Positions 11,799-25,504 of a stretch of 64,000 nt of DNA are shown in pieces; the first letter of the stretch is position 1, and the number at the start of each line of letters is the position of its first letter. The notes under the pieces are model-generated. The model was not told the DNA's origin. It ran no database searches and saw only the letters and a program-made list of their open reading frames with translations. The position numbers and the translations under genes were made by a program. This DNA comes from Macrostomum hystrix (Eukaryota; Animalia; Platyhelminthes), in contig CATNEN010000003.1 of the NCBI GenBank assembly GCA_950097015.1, positions 2,604,001-2,668,000 on the forward strand, read 5' to 3'.

Positions 11799-14700
11799 AT
11801 GGCCACATCAGTGAAGAAGTTCCTATCGGCTACACTGTTTGAGTACGAGACTCAAAAGGTGATAGCAATTAGCTCCTACAAGATTGGACTAATTTATCGC
11901 AGCATTCAGATGCTCATTGTGGCCTACGTCATTGGCTGGGTCATGCTGAGGGAGAAAGGATACCAGAGCTTCGACACTGTGGTTAGCGGAGTGACCACTA
12001 AACTCAAAGGTGAGAGGTTTAATCCCATTCTATTTGATTCGATTTTATTTTACTAATCTACTAATCTACCTAATCTACTCACCTTTCTAATCTACTCACC
12101 TTTCTAATCTACTCACCTTTCTAATCTACTCACCTTTCTAATCTACTCACCTTTCTAATCTACTCACCTTTCTAATCTACTCACACTTCTACTCACCCAT
12201 CTAATCTACTCACCTTTCTAATCTACACACCTATCTAATCTACTCGCCTATATAATCTACTCACCTATCTAATCTACTCGCCTATATAATCTACTCACCT
12301 ATCTAATCTACTCACCCATCTAATCTTCTCACTTATCCAATCTACTCACCTATCTAATCTACTCACCCATCTAATCTACACACCTATCTAATCTACTCAC
12401 CCATCTAATCTTCTCCCTTATCCAATCTACTCACCTATCTAATCTACTCACCCATCTAATCTTCTCCCTTATCCAATCTACTCACCTATCTAATCTACTC
12501 ACCCATCTAATCTACTCACCTATCTAATCAACTCACCCATCTAATCTTCTCACTTATCCAATCTACTCATCTATCTAATCTACTCACCCATCTAATCTAC
12601 TCACCTATCTAATCTACTCACCCATCTAATCTTCTCACCTATCTAATCTACTCACCCATCTAATCTTCTCACTTATCCAATCTACTCACCTATCTAATCT
12701 ACTCACCCATCTAATCTACTCACCTATCTAATCTACTCACCCATCTAATCTACTCACCCATCTAATCTACTCACCTATCTAATCTACTCACCTATCTAAT
12801 CTACTCACCTATCTAATCTACACACCTGTCTAATCTACTTACCTATCCAATCTATTTATCTATTTATCAGGCTACAAGAGAGAGAAATCTTGCTTCTTGT
12901 AGTCTCAATCATCTATTCTAGTGCAATACATATTATCTAGGTCCGTGAATGGTATCCTATGATCTTATCTAGTCGAAAGTTAAATTTTTATTTTTAGCAC
13001 CAATTTGCCGGTCTGGTAAATCTTAGCCTAATCTTTATGAGTTCGCGAATTCACTCCATGGCTCGATATTTTGCACTTTAACCCGCACAGACAAGTGCAG
13101 ATGATTGACGAAAATCAATAATTATTACTGACTTGCTAGCTAGATATTTCGTGTATATTTCGTGGGACATGTATGTCTTCACTTTCTCAAGTGTTTGTTG
13201 AATCCTTCTATTCGCTTCAAAATTTGTCAATGGAGCAGACAATTGCAGAGAATAAATTTCTTCTAGAAAAAACTGGGACTTAGTTGAACAAATAGATAGC
13301 TCCAGGATAACAATGATGTGTTTCAGAACAAAGTCATTTTCAGGTAAGCCTAGTAGAGAATAAAATGATTGATTCCTATAGTGTGATATTTTACAATAAT
13401 TGCCTTTCTGGCATGCCCTATTGAAGGCTTAAAGTTGTTTATTCAAAGGGTTGCCTGAGGCAAACAAAAGGCTATTATTAAGAAAAACCTTTTTGACTGA
13501 ATAGGTCATTTGACAGGTCCGTTCTCATTGCTTTGAATGCTTGATTTCTGTTTGATTGGAAAGTCGGTATTTAAATTGTGTTAGTCAAAGGGATATATGT
13601 TTAGGGAAAACTTTCCATCAAAAATGACATGTGAAGAGTAATGATAAGAGACTGATATCCACAGAGTGACAAGATGATAAGAGATTGATATCCATAGAGT
13701 GACAAGATGATAAGAGATTGATATCCATAGAGTGACAAGATGATAAGAGATTGATATCCATAGAGTGACAAGATGATAAGAGATTGATATCCATAGAGTG
13801 ACAAGATGATAAGAGATTGATTTCCATAGAGTGACAAGATGATAAGAGATTGATATCCATAGAGTGACAAGATGATAAGAGATTGATATCCATAGAGTGA
13901 CAAGATGATAAGAGATTGATTTCCATAGAGTGACAAGATGATAAGAGATTGATTTCCACAGAGTGACAAGATGATAAGAGACTGATTTCCATAGAGTGAC
14001 AAGATGATAAGAGACTGATTTCCATAGAGTGACAAGATGATAAGAGATTGATTTCCATAGAGTGACAAGATGATAAGAGATTGATTTCCATAGAGTGACA
14101 AGATGATAAGAGATTGATTTCCACAGAGTGACAAGATGATAAGAGATTGATTTCCACAGAGTGACAAGATGATAAGAGATTGATTTCCACAGAGTGACAA
14201 GAGCTTACAACACAGGTTGTGTGTTTCATATCGCTAGTTGATTATGGCAATGGTATCTTATCGAGTAAAATTTGGGCATAACACGCGCAAAAACGCATTC
14301 TCAAACGCACTAAGCATTTCATTAGTTGCCAGATAAAAAAATAAGATTCAAATTAGGTCGTTAACTCCGGGGATAATCCATTACTGAGGCCATATGCCAT
14401 TTTCTATTGTCCTTGCAGCTAATCTAATTGAGGGAGAATGACAGAACCTTTTGTAGGAGAAAAATCTGATGCATGATTGAAGTATAACTACAATCTTTAT
14501 CTGCATTAACAAACGTATCATTTATCTATTGAATAACTGCTTTTTTTAATCTGTCAATTAATAAATGAGTAAATGAGCTTATTGGTAGCAATTGTAATCG
14601 GAACAATTATTAGAGTAGAATTTATTGCGGTCAGTATCTGACACTCTGAACTCATTCTCACCTTAACCTCTCACCCTTGTTATACTCCTAACCTTGTCTC

Positions 14701-17700
14701 ACCATCTTCCCTTCTCACCCTCTCAGCATCTCACCCTCTCAGCATCTCAGCCTCTCAGCATCTCACCCTCTCAGCATCTCACCCTCTCAGCATCTCACCC
14801 TTTCTACATCTCACCCTCTCTACATCTCACCCTCTCTCAACATCTCACCCTCTCTCTACATCTCACCCTCTCTCTACATCTCACCCTCTCTCAACATCTC
14901 ACCCTCTCTCTACATCTCACCCTCTCTCTACATCTCACCCTCTCTCAACATCTCACCCTCTCTCTACATCTCACCCTCTCAGCATCTCACCCTCTCTCTA
15001 CATCTCACCCTCTCCATCATCTCACCCTCTCCATCATCTCACCCTCTCTCTACATCTCACCCTCTCTCTACATCTCACCCTCTCTTAACATCTCACCCTC
15101 TCTCTACATCTCACCCTCTCTCTACATCTCACCCTCTCTACATCTCACCCTCTCTCAACATCTCACCCTCTCTCTACATCTCACCCTCTCTCAACATCTC
15201 ACCCTCTCTCTACATCTCACCCTCTCAGCATCTCACCCTCTCTCTACATCTCACCCTCTCCATCATCTCACCCTCTCTACATCTCACCCTCTCTCTACAT
15301 CTCACCCTCTCTCTACATCTCACCCTCTCCATCATCTCACCCTCTCTCTACATCTCACCCTCTCTCTACATCTCACCCTCTCCATCATCTCACCCTCTCT
15401 CTACATCTCACCCTCTCTCTACATCTCACCCTCTCCCTACATCTCACCCTCTCCATCATCTCACCCTCTCTCTACATCTCACCCTCTCTCAACATCTCAC
15501 CCTCTCCCTACATCTCACCCTCTCAGCATCTCACCCTCTCTCTACATCTCACCCTCTCCATCATCTCACCCTCTCTACATCTCACCCTCTCTCTACATCT
15601 CACCCTCTCCATCATCTCACCCTCTCTCTACATCTCACCCTCTCTCTACATCTCACCCTCTCCATCATCTCACCCTCTCTCTACATCTCACCCTCTCTCT
15701 ACATCTCACCCTCTCCATCATCTCACCCTCTCTCTACATCTCACCCTCTCTCTACATCTCACCCTCTCTCTACATCTCACCCTCTCTCTACATCTCACCC
15801 TCTCTTTACATCTCACCCTCTCTCTACATCTCACCCTCTCTCTACATCTCACCCTCTCCCTACATCTCACCCTCTCCATCATCTCACACTCTCTCTACAT
15901 CTCACCCTCTCTCAACATCTCACCCTCTCCCTACATCTCACCCTCTCAGCATCTCACCCTCTCTCTACATCTCACCCTCTCCATCATCTCACCCTCTCTA
16001 CATCTCACCCTCTCTCTCCATCTCACCCTCTCCATCATCTCACCCTCTCTCTACATCTCACCCTCTCTCTACATCTCACCCTCTCTACATCTCGACTCTC
16101 TACATCTCACCCACTCTTCATCTCACCCTCTCTCTTCATCTCACCCTCTTGTCTTTCACAGAATCTCTTTCCTGGCTTTCCTCCCAATTGAATCCAGCTT
16201 TCCTAGAACGTGGACTCAAATTTCATATTTCTTTAGCCTTCGCATCTATCAGATTTCTCATAAAATATTTAGTCAGTATAGCCAGCTGCGGCGTTCTCTA
16301 ATTTCAATATCAAATCAATCAAATTGGTCTCCGAGCCTAACTATGATAAAATATTGTCTTTTTTCAGTTATAAAATCCTTACAATTGACTATGCTTTCTC
16401 CACATAATTGATCATTTGATCGAATGAATTATGATCACACAAACCCTACCTTTCCTGTTGGGATGCTGGACACGTTGGTTGCACGCAACTTTACGGTTTG
16501 TCATAATCTCTTGACCACTTCTAAATGCTTCAAAACATATTTAATTTTATCAGGTCTCTTCCTCAGTTTCTCACACTCTCACCCTCAGTTTCTCACACTC
16601 TCTCCCTCAGTTTCTCACATTCTCTCCCTCAGTTTCTCACACTCTCTCCCTCAGTTTCTCACATTCTCTCCCTCAGTTTCTCACATTCTCTCCCTCAGTT
16701 TCACACACTCTCCCTAAGTTTCTCACACACTCTCCCTCAGTTTCTCACACAATCTCCCTCAGTTTCTCACATTCTCTCCCTCAGTTTCTCACATTCTCTC
16801 CCTCAGTTTCTCACACACTCTCTCCCTCAGTTTCTCACACTCTCTCCCTCAGTTTCACACACTCTCCCTAAGTTTCTTACACACTCTCCCTCAGTTTCTC
16901 ACACAATCTCCCTCAGTTTCTCACACTCTCCCCCTCAGTTTCTCACACTCTCCCTCAGTTTCTCACACTCTCCCTCAGTTTCTCACACTCTCCCTCAGTT
17001 TCTCACACACTCTCCCTCAGTTTCTCACACTCTCTCCCTCAGTCTCTCATATTCTCTCCACCAGTTTCTCACATTCTCACCCTCAGTTTCTCACACACTC
17101 TCCCTCAGTTTCTCACACTCTCCCTCAGTTTCACACACTCTCCCTCAGTTTCTCACACTCTCTCCCTCAGTTTCTCACACTCTCCCTCAGTTTCTCACAC
17201 TCTCCCTCAGTTTCTCACACTCTCCCTCAGTTTCTCACACACTCTCCCTCAGTTTCTCACACTCTCTCCCTCAGTTTCTCATATTCTCTCCACCAGTTTC
17301 TCACACTCTCCCTCAGTTTCTCACACTCTCCCTCAGTTTCTCACACTCTCTCCCTCAGTTTCACACACTCTCCCTCAGTTTCTCACACACTCTCCCTCAG
17401 TTTCTCACACACTCTCCCTCAGTTTCTCATATTCTCTCCGTCAGATTCTCACACAATCTCTTCCTCAGTTTCTCACACTCTCTCCCTCAGTTTCTCACAC
17501 TCTCTCCCTCAGTTTCTCACACTCTCCCTCAGTTTCTCACACTCTCCCTCAGTTTCTCACACTCTCCCTCAGTTTCTCACACTCTCTCCCTCAGTTTCTC
17601 ACACTCTCCCCCTCAGTTTCTCACACTCTCTCCCTCAGTTTCTCACACTCTCCCTCAGTTTCTCACACTCTCCCTCAGTTTCTCACACACTCTCCCTCAG

Positions 17701-20700
17701 TTTCTCACACTCTCTCCCTCAGTTTCTCATATTCTCTCCACCAGTTTCTCACATTCTCACCCTCAGTTTCTCACACACTCTCCCTCAGTTTCTCACACTC
17801 TCCCTCAGTTTCACACACTCTCCCTCAGATTCTCACACTCTCTCCCTCAGTTTCTCACACTCTCCCTTAGTTTCTCACATTCTCTCCCTCAGTTTCTCAC
17901 ACACTCTCCGTCAGATTCTCACACAATCTCTTCCTCAGTTTCTCACACTCTCTCCCTCAGTTTCTCACACACTCTCCGTCAGATTCTCACACAATCTCTT
18001 CCTCAGTTTCTCACACTCTCTCCCTCAGTTTCTCACACACTCTCCGTCAGATTCTCACAATCTCTTCCTCAGTTTCTCACACTCTCTCCCTCAGTTTCTC
18101 ACACTCTCCCTCAGTTTCTCACACTCTCTCCCTCAGTTTCTCACACTCTCCCCCTCAGTTTCTCACACTCTCTCCCTCAGTTTCTCACACTCTCCCTCAG
18201 TTTCTCACACTCTCCCTCAGTTTCTCACACACTCTCCCTCAGTTTCTCACACTCTCTCCCTCAGTTTCTCATATTCTCTCCACCAGTTTCTCACATTCTC
18301 ACCCTCAGTTTCTCACACACTCTCCCTCAGTTTCTCACACTCTCCCTCAGTTTCACACACTCTCCCTCAGATTCTCACACTCTCTCCCTCAGTTTCTCAC
18401 ACTCTCCCTTAGTTTCTCACATTCTCTCCCTCAGTTTCTCACACACTCTCCGTCAGATTCTCACACAATCTCTTCCTCAGTTTCTCACACTCTCTCCCTC
18501 AGTTTCTCACACACTCTCCGTCAGATTCTCACACAATCTCTTCCTCAGTTTCTCACACTCTCTCCCTCAGTTTCTCACACACTCTCCGTCAGATTCTCAC
18601 AATCTCTTCCTCAGTTTCTCACACTCTCTCCCTCAGTTTCTCACACACTCTTCGTCAGATTCTCACACAATCTCTTCCTCAGTTTCTCACATTCTCTCCA
18701 TCAGTTTCTCACTTTCTCTCCACCAGTTTCTCACATTCTCTCCACCAGTTTCTCATATTCTCTCCATCAGTTTCTCAAATTCTGTCCATCAGTTTCTCAA
18801 ATTCTGTCCATCAGTTTCTCAAATTCTGTCCATCAGTTTCTCAAATTCTGTCCATCAGTTTCTCACATTCTCTCCATCAGTTTCTCAAATTCTCTCCATC
18901 AGTTTCTCACATTCTCTCCATCAGTTTCTCACATTCTCTCCATCAGTTTCTCACATTCTGTCCGTCAGTTTCTCACATTCTCTCCCTCAGTTTCTCATAT
19001 TCTGTCCATCAGTTTCTCATATTCTGTCCATCAGTTTCTCATATTCTGTCCATCAGTTTCTCAAATTCTCTCCATCAGTTTCTCAAATTCTCTCCATCAG
19101 TTTCTCACATTCTCTCCATCAGTTTCTCACATTCTGTCCATCAGTTTCTCATATTCTGTCCATCAGTTTCTCATATTCTGTCCATCAGTTTCTTACATTC
19201 TGTCCATCAGTTTCTCACATTCTGTCCATCAGTTTCTTACATTCTGTCCATCAGTTTCTCAAATTCTGTCCATCAGTTTCTCATATTCTGTCCATCAGTT
19301 TCTCAAATTCTGTCCATCAGTTATTCGAATTCTTGTTTATTAAAATCTGCTTGTTAGCCTAAGTACTGTCAGACAGAAATTGCCCAGTTTTTTTGCTGCC
19401 ATAAACTTTTTTCGGGAACAAATTTTTAAGGTTGTAAACCGTGGTTTGAGAAGACCGCTTTTGTTGAATTTTTGTAAAAACCTAAATTAATATTATGACT
19501 TAGAATGACTTTTAACTGCCTGAATTAAAAAAATCTAACCAGTGATGCCACTAAAGGGCAATAAAATACCATTATTTTGCCGACTATAACAAAAGATTTC
19601 TGACACTTAGAAACACTGAAGTTTATAATGCCTGACACTGAGTTTCATTTTTCAACTTGCATCAAATTTTTCTACTCGGTTCTATGATCAATGGAAATAT
19701 ACAGAGTCGGAGTACTAACGACTTGAAGGTCGGGGGTTCGATTCCTGACTTCACTGTAACAATTTACGTCATCCAGCCGGACAATTTATTCTCCGTTGCT
19801 TCAGCTCACCCAGCTGTTAAATGGGTACCAGAATTATCTCATGGGATAATTGAGGGTGGGTGTGGCGTCCCCCCAGTCCATGGACTGAACAGCCGTACGC
19901 AGCATTCAGATGCACCGCGCAATAGCTGCGGCTGTGCAGCTTCTACGCTCGTAATTCCCGAAGCAAAAAAACAACACTATTGTCATCCTTACCGACAGCT
20001 TGACAATGTGATTGTAAGCCCAATGTGATAGTTTCGACAATTGTGAAAGTAGAAAGTGCACACACAAAACCCCACAGACACCAATCGTGACCCTCCCGTC
20101 ATTAAAAAAACGAGACCTCAGACCCACTCAATCTGCTCTTGGCATCACTCTTTTCTACCGTTGCCAATGGTTACAAAAATTAGCCAATTAATTACGCAGG
20201 CAATCGTTTATTGTGCTGATTAATTTGATTTAGGGGCCACCACACATACCACTCTGATCTGCAATCTGAATCAGCTGTCCTTTTCTGTGGTACAACAACC
20301 CCCGACAATTCGCCCGCAATAATGGGATAAATGACACACTTATCTAAAATGTAGATGACAATTTACTAAGAGGCAAAATTAATACTGATTTTCGATAAAT
20401 AATTTGCCTATACCCACTGAGTGGCTAGACTAGCAATCCATTCTGTTCCTTCATCCACTGAGAGGCTAGACTAGCAATCCATTCTGTTCCTTCATCCACT
20501 GAGAGGCTAGACTAGCAATCCATTCTGTTCCTTCATCCACTGAGAGGCTAGACTAGCAATCCATTCTGTTCCTTCACCCACTGAGAGGCTAGACTAGCAA
20601 TCCATTCTGTTCCTTCACCCACTGAGAGGCTAGACTAGCAATCCATTCTGTTCCTTCACCCACTGAGTGGCTAGACAAGCAATCCATTCTGTTCCTTCAC

Positions 20701-23700
20701 CCACTGAGAGGCTAGACTAGCAATCCATTGTTTAAAGTGCACAAAATCCTGATGATGAAATGAACTAATGAAAAAATGAATTCCAAACTAAACAGGGCTA
20801 GAGTACACCAACTTCACGAACATCCCATCGATCGGGGATCGAATCTGGGACGTGGCTGATTGGGCAGTGCCTCCACAGATGAACAGCGCTTTCTTTGTCA
20901 CCACCAATGTGGTCATCACCAAGAACCAGAGCCAGACAACCTGCGAGGAGGACAAAGACAACAAGTGGCACGCCAAGTGAGTCTTTGTTTGTTTCATTAA
21001 CCTGTTAGGTCTTAGTCGATGGAAAGCAATTTTCGTGTGTCCTTAAGCAGTTGGGGTAGGCGTTTTCGTCAGTCCATGGACTGAACAGCTGGATAACAAA
21101 ATGAAAAGTAACTGCTTACACCTGCCCCCAATAGGGCCAGATGTGCAGCCGACAGCACAGCCGCAGCTATTGCGCGACGCATACGGCTGTTCAGTCCATG
21201 GACTGGGGGGGACGCCATACCTACCCTCAATTACCCCAGCCGATGCTGACACCCATTTAACAGCTGGGTGCATTGAAGCAATGCAGAGTTAAGCGTCTAG
21301 CTAAAGGACACAAATTGTTCCAGTCGAGGAGTCGGGAATCGAACACCCGACCTTTAAGTCGAGAGAGTCCGACGCCCTAACCACAAGGCGCAACCCCTGA
21401 GCACACACTCACACAGGTGTGAACTGGCGTTGATTTATCCGCAGGTGTAAAACCGACAGCGACTGCGAGAAGGGTCACGTGCACGGTCTGGGCTGGGGGG
21501 TGCGAACCGGCCGCTGCATCAACAGCAGTCGCGAACGGGGACTGCGGGTCTGCGAGATCTACGGCTGGTGCCCGACAGAGCAGGACGTGCTGCCACTGGG
21601 AGAGGGCAAGGTGAGGCTTCACCTACCCTGCTTCACCCCTACCTCTGTCACCTTCTCCCTCTCCCTCACCTTCTCCCTCTCCCTCACCTTCTCCCTCTCC
21701 CTCACCTTCTCCCTCTCCCTCACCTTCTCCCTCTCCCTCACCTTCTCCCTCTCTCACTCTCTCACTCTCTCTTCTCTCTCTCCCTCTCTCTCCTCTCTCC
21801 CGCTCTCTCTCTCCCTCTCTGCCTCTCTCTCAGGCCAGCACCGGCGTCTCGTACGACCGAGTCAGTGCCACGGAGTTGAGTGAGTATGGATTGATTTGCG
21901 GGGCGCTGCCGAATCGATTACGATATGTTGAGATTGAAAGCTGGATTTGAACAAGCGCCTATAGCCTAATGGCTAGAGCGCTAGGCTAGACTCTACTGAT
22001 GAGCTCCAATAATAGCGAAACGCGTCTGGAGTTGCCTTGGTTCGAATCCGGATTTCAATTTTTTCGATACATATCGGAATCGATTCCAACATTAGATTTT
22101 TGAAATTCAATGGGCAGTGTCCTCTCTCCTCTCTCCCGCTCTCTCTCCCTCTCTCCCTCTCTCTCCCTCTCTCCCTCTCTCTTCCCTCTCTCACTCTCTC
22201 TTCCCTCTCTCACTCTCTCTTCCGTCTCTCACTCACTCTTCCCACTATCACCCTCCCCCTCCCTTTCACCCCTCTCTCACGCATTCAATTCTGTAAACCA
22301 TAAGTGATCAAAGTACACTTTGCTCAAATCTCAAACTACACACGCCAATGCCAAAAATCAGGTCGCCAAAATATTCGGCTGTACCAGGATGGTTCCAGTC
22401 CTGCGCGCTCTCAACATGTGAATTGGGTGTCAAATTTCCACTATGAAAAGAGATTGCCTTGAGGCTGAAGAAGAGAATTTAGTATAGGAATAGTTGAGCA
22501 AGTTGCTGCTGTGAGATTCTGCTCAAATTGGTTCTGCAGTCGGTCTCTGATTTTTATTAGGGCTCTGAGATTAGGGAATAGATTTATTGCAGAAAATAAA
22601 AGCATAGTTTGACCGTTTCCGGTTGCCACAGCTAAGTGCAGTGATAGTAAGTCGCATAAATGTAACTGGCTGATAAACTGCCTTGTGATCCAATAAATTG
22701 TAAGAAGAATAGGATGAATTTGTTTTAATTGCAGCAATCAAGAGACACACTTAGTACTAATAAATTTACTCCTTATGGTACTAAAATCGTTTCTCAGGTT
22801 CTCATGACTCGAGTGGAAAATTTCACCGTACTCATCAAGAACAGCGTCGAATTTCCTAAGTTTGGCGTCAAACGGCGCAATATTCTGACTAGCATGAGCG
22901 GAAAGTACCTGAGAAAGTGCAACTACCGGCCTGACCACGATAAAGATAAATATTGTCCGATTTTTCGTCTCGGCGACATTATCAAATACGGACAGGCTAT
23001 TAGTCCCGAAGCGGCAAAACAGATGTGGATTACTGGCGGTGAGATGTTGCTTGTATTACCAATTGTCTTAGTTGTTCTACTTTGGGAGTGAGGTGGGAGT
23101 GAGGGAGGGAGTGAGGTGGTTGTGCTTTTCGTGGGAGTGGGGCGGTGGGTGTTGTTTATTCTAGAAATGTCGGGCTAGTATTCTCTGTAGGTCAGGGAGT
23201 GGGGTGGTGGGTGTTGTTTATTCTAGAAATGTCGGGCTAGTATTCTCTGTAGGTCAGGGAGTGGAGTGGTGGGTGTTGTTTATTCTAGAAATGTCGGGCT
23301 AGTATTCTCTGTAGGTCAGGGAGTGGGGTGGTGGGTGTTGTTTATTCTAGAAATGTCGGACTAGTATTCTCTGTAGGTCAGGGAGTGGGGTGGTGGGTGT
23401 TGTTTATTCTAGAAATGTCGGGCTAGTATTCTCTGTAGGTCAGGGAGTGGGGTGGTGGGTGTTGTTTATTCTAGAAATGTCGGGCTAGTATTCTCTGTAG
23501 GTCAGGGAGTGGGGTGGTGGGTGTTGTTTATTCTAGAAATGTCGGGCTAGAATTCTCTGTAGGTCAGGGAGTGGGGTGGTGGGTGTTGTTTATTCTAGAA
23601 ATGTCGGACTAGTATTCTCTGTAGGTCAGGGAGTGGGGTGGTGGGTGTTGTTTTTTCTAGAAATGTCGGGCTAGTATTCTCTGTAGGTCAGGGAGTGGGG

Positions 23701-25410
23701 TGGTGGGTGTTGTTTATTCTAGAAATGTCGGGCTAGTATTCTCTGTAGGTCAGGGAGTGGGGTGGTGGGTGTTGTTTATTCTAGAAATGTCGGGCTAGTA
23801 TTCTCTGTAGGTCAGGGAGTGGGTGTGGTGGGGGTTTCTTATCTTTTAATTTTAAATATAAATGTTTTGGGTGTTCACTTCGCCAGCTATAAAATAAACT
23901 ATTTGTCACGGACAAATCCAGGTATGGTAGCCATCGATATTCACTGGGAATGCAATTTCGACTATGACGAAGAGAATTGCAAACCGGAATATCGATTTCG
24001 CAGCTTGGAAGACGGCGTGGTCGGCAGGGGCTGGAATTTTCGGTAAGACTCGTATTATCATGCGCGTGAATTTTTTATATAGAAAACTACTTATAAAAGC
24101 CAAATGCTTCAGGCACGCCTATCACTATGTGGAGGATGGCATTCATCGCAGAACTTTGGTAAAAGCTTACGGCATCCAGTTCTTCATCAGTGTTACCGGC
24201 AGGGGAGGCAAGTTCGACATTTTAAACTTCACCATGAATCTGGGCTCCGGACTCGCCCTACTCACTCTGGCCACTGTGCTCTGCGACATCATTGTGCTCA
24301 ACATCATGCGCAAGAGAAAGAAGTACAGGCAGGCCAAGATTGACAAGGTCTGTCAATTATACTTTAATGTTGGGTCAGAGACTGCTGCGGTGTCAGTGTG
24401 GGTTGTGTCAGAGTGATGTGTCTGATAGTGTTGTGCCATAGATATCGAACAGTTTTGAAAATATTGGAACGCATTTGATAACGCATCAAGGTCCAGAGAA
24501 AGATTTTTCCCATCACTCTACTATGGTAAGTAGTGTAGGTAGCTTACAGTGGTAATGTTGCAAGTTCTTCTACGTAGCAAAACTATATAAAGCAGATAGA
24601 TTTCAACCACGCCCACGACCACTTAAGCACCGCCTCGAAACTGCAAAGTTAGTACAATGGGTATGTTAGCAATCAGGCAATGTCGGCTAATAGAGTCTGT
24701 ATTAGCCATTTGAATTATTAAGCAACGACAGTACGTGTTCCTTTGAGTTCTTATCTGTTGCTGGGATAAAAAATCCCAGTCATAGGCGCTCTCTCATTTA
24801 AGGTCTCATGACTCTAAGTGGGAATTGATTTGAGTGTTGCCAAGGGAGTAGAAATCTGTGTGCGAATCCGCAGCGCTTGAACTTCAGCCAAGCTCACGTT
24901 GTGAGCCCACCCCCTCGAAAAATCCCACGAACTCTCTGGATGCAAATAGAGCTAGCTTCAAGCCTCTCCGTGGACTAACCTTCCCTCTAAGACTCTCCCA
25001 TAATCCGTTCGAAAGCCTCGAAGGCCTCGGAGCAGGCAGGAGCTCGTACCCACCTCTACACATTCTTGCGCGAACTAAATTCAGATAAGATTAAGGCTTG
25101 GCTTGTGGACGAGAAATAAATAGACAGAGGAGTGAGCCGAGATAGAGAATGAATTGGGGCAATTCTCCCAGAAACTGTCTCGCAGCGGTGGAGGTATGTC
25201 GTATCTCGGGGTCATTTCACCATCCAACCACCCCTCCCTCCCCGCAGCGACACACAACATCGCCACAGCTGATCGATGGCCACCAGTGTGGGGATGGGGC
25301 TAGGACTCAGGTTGAGTGTGTCGATTTTCTATAGCTTAACCGCGCCGACTTTTCTCTGCTTGATAAAACAACAGCGCTGCTGCTGCCGTTGCTGCTGCTG
25401 CTACTGCTGG

Positions 25411-25450
<40 letters not shown>

Positions 25451-25473
25451 GTTGCTGCTGCTGCTACTGCTGG

Positions 25474-25504
<31 letters not shown>

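Noticed and set aside
21955-22055. Functional or intron-containing tRNA gene
   Set aside because: No acceptor-stem pairing and no anticodon loop; the insert folds as a hammerhead.
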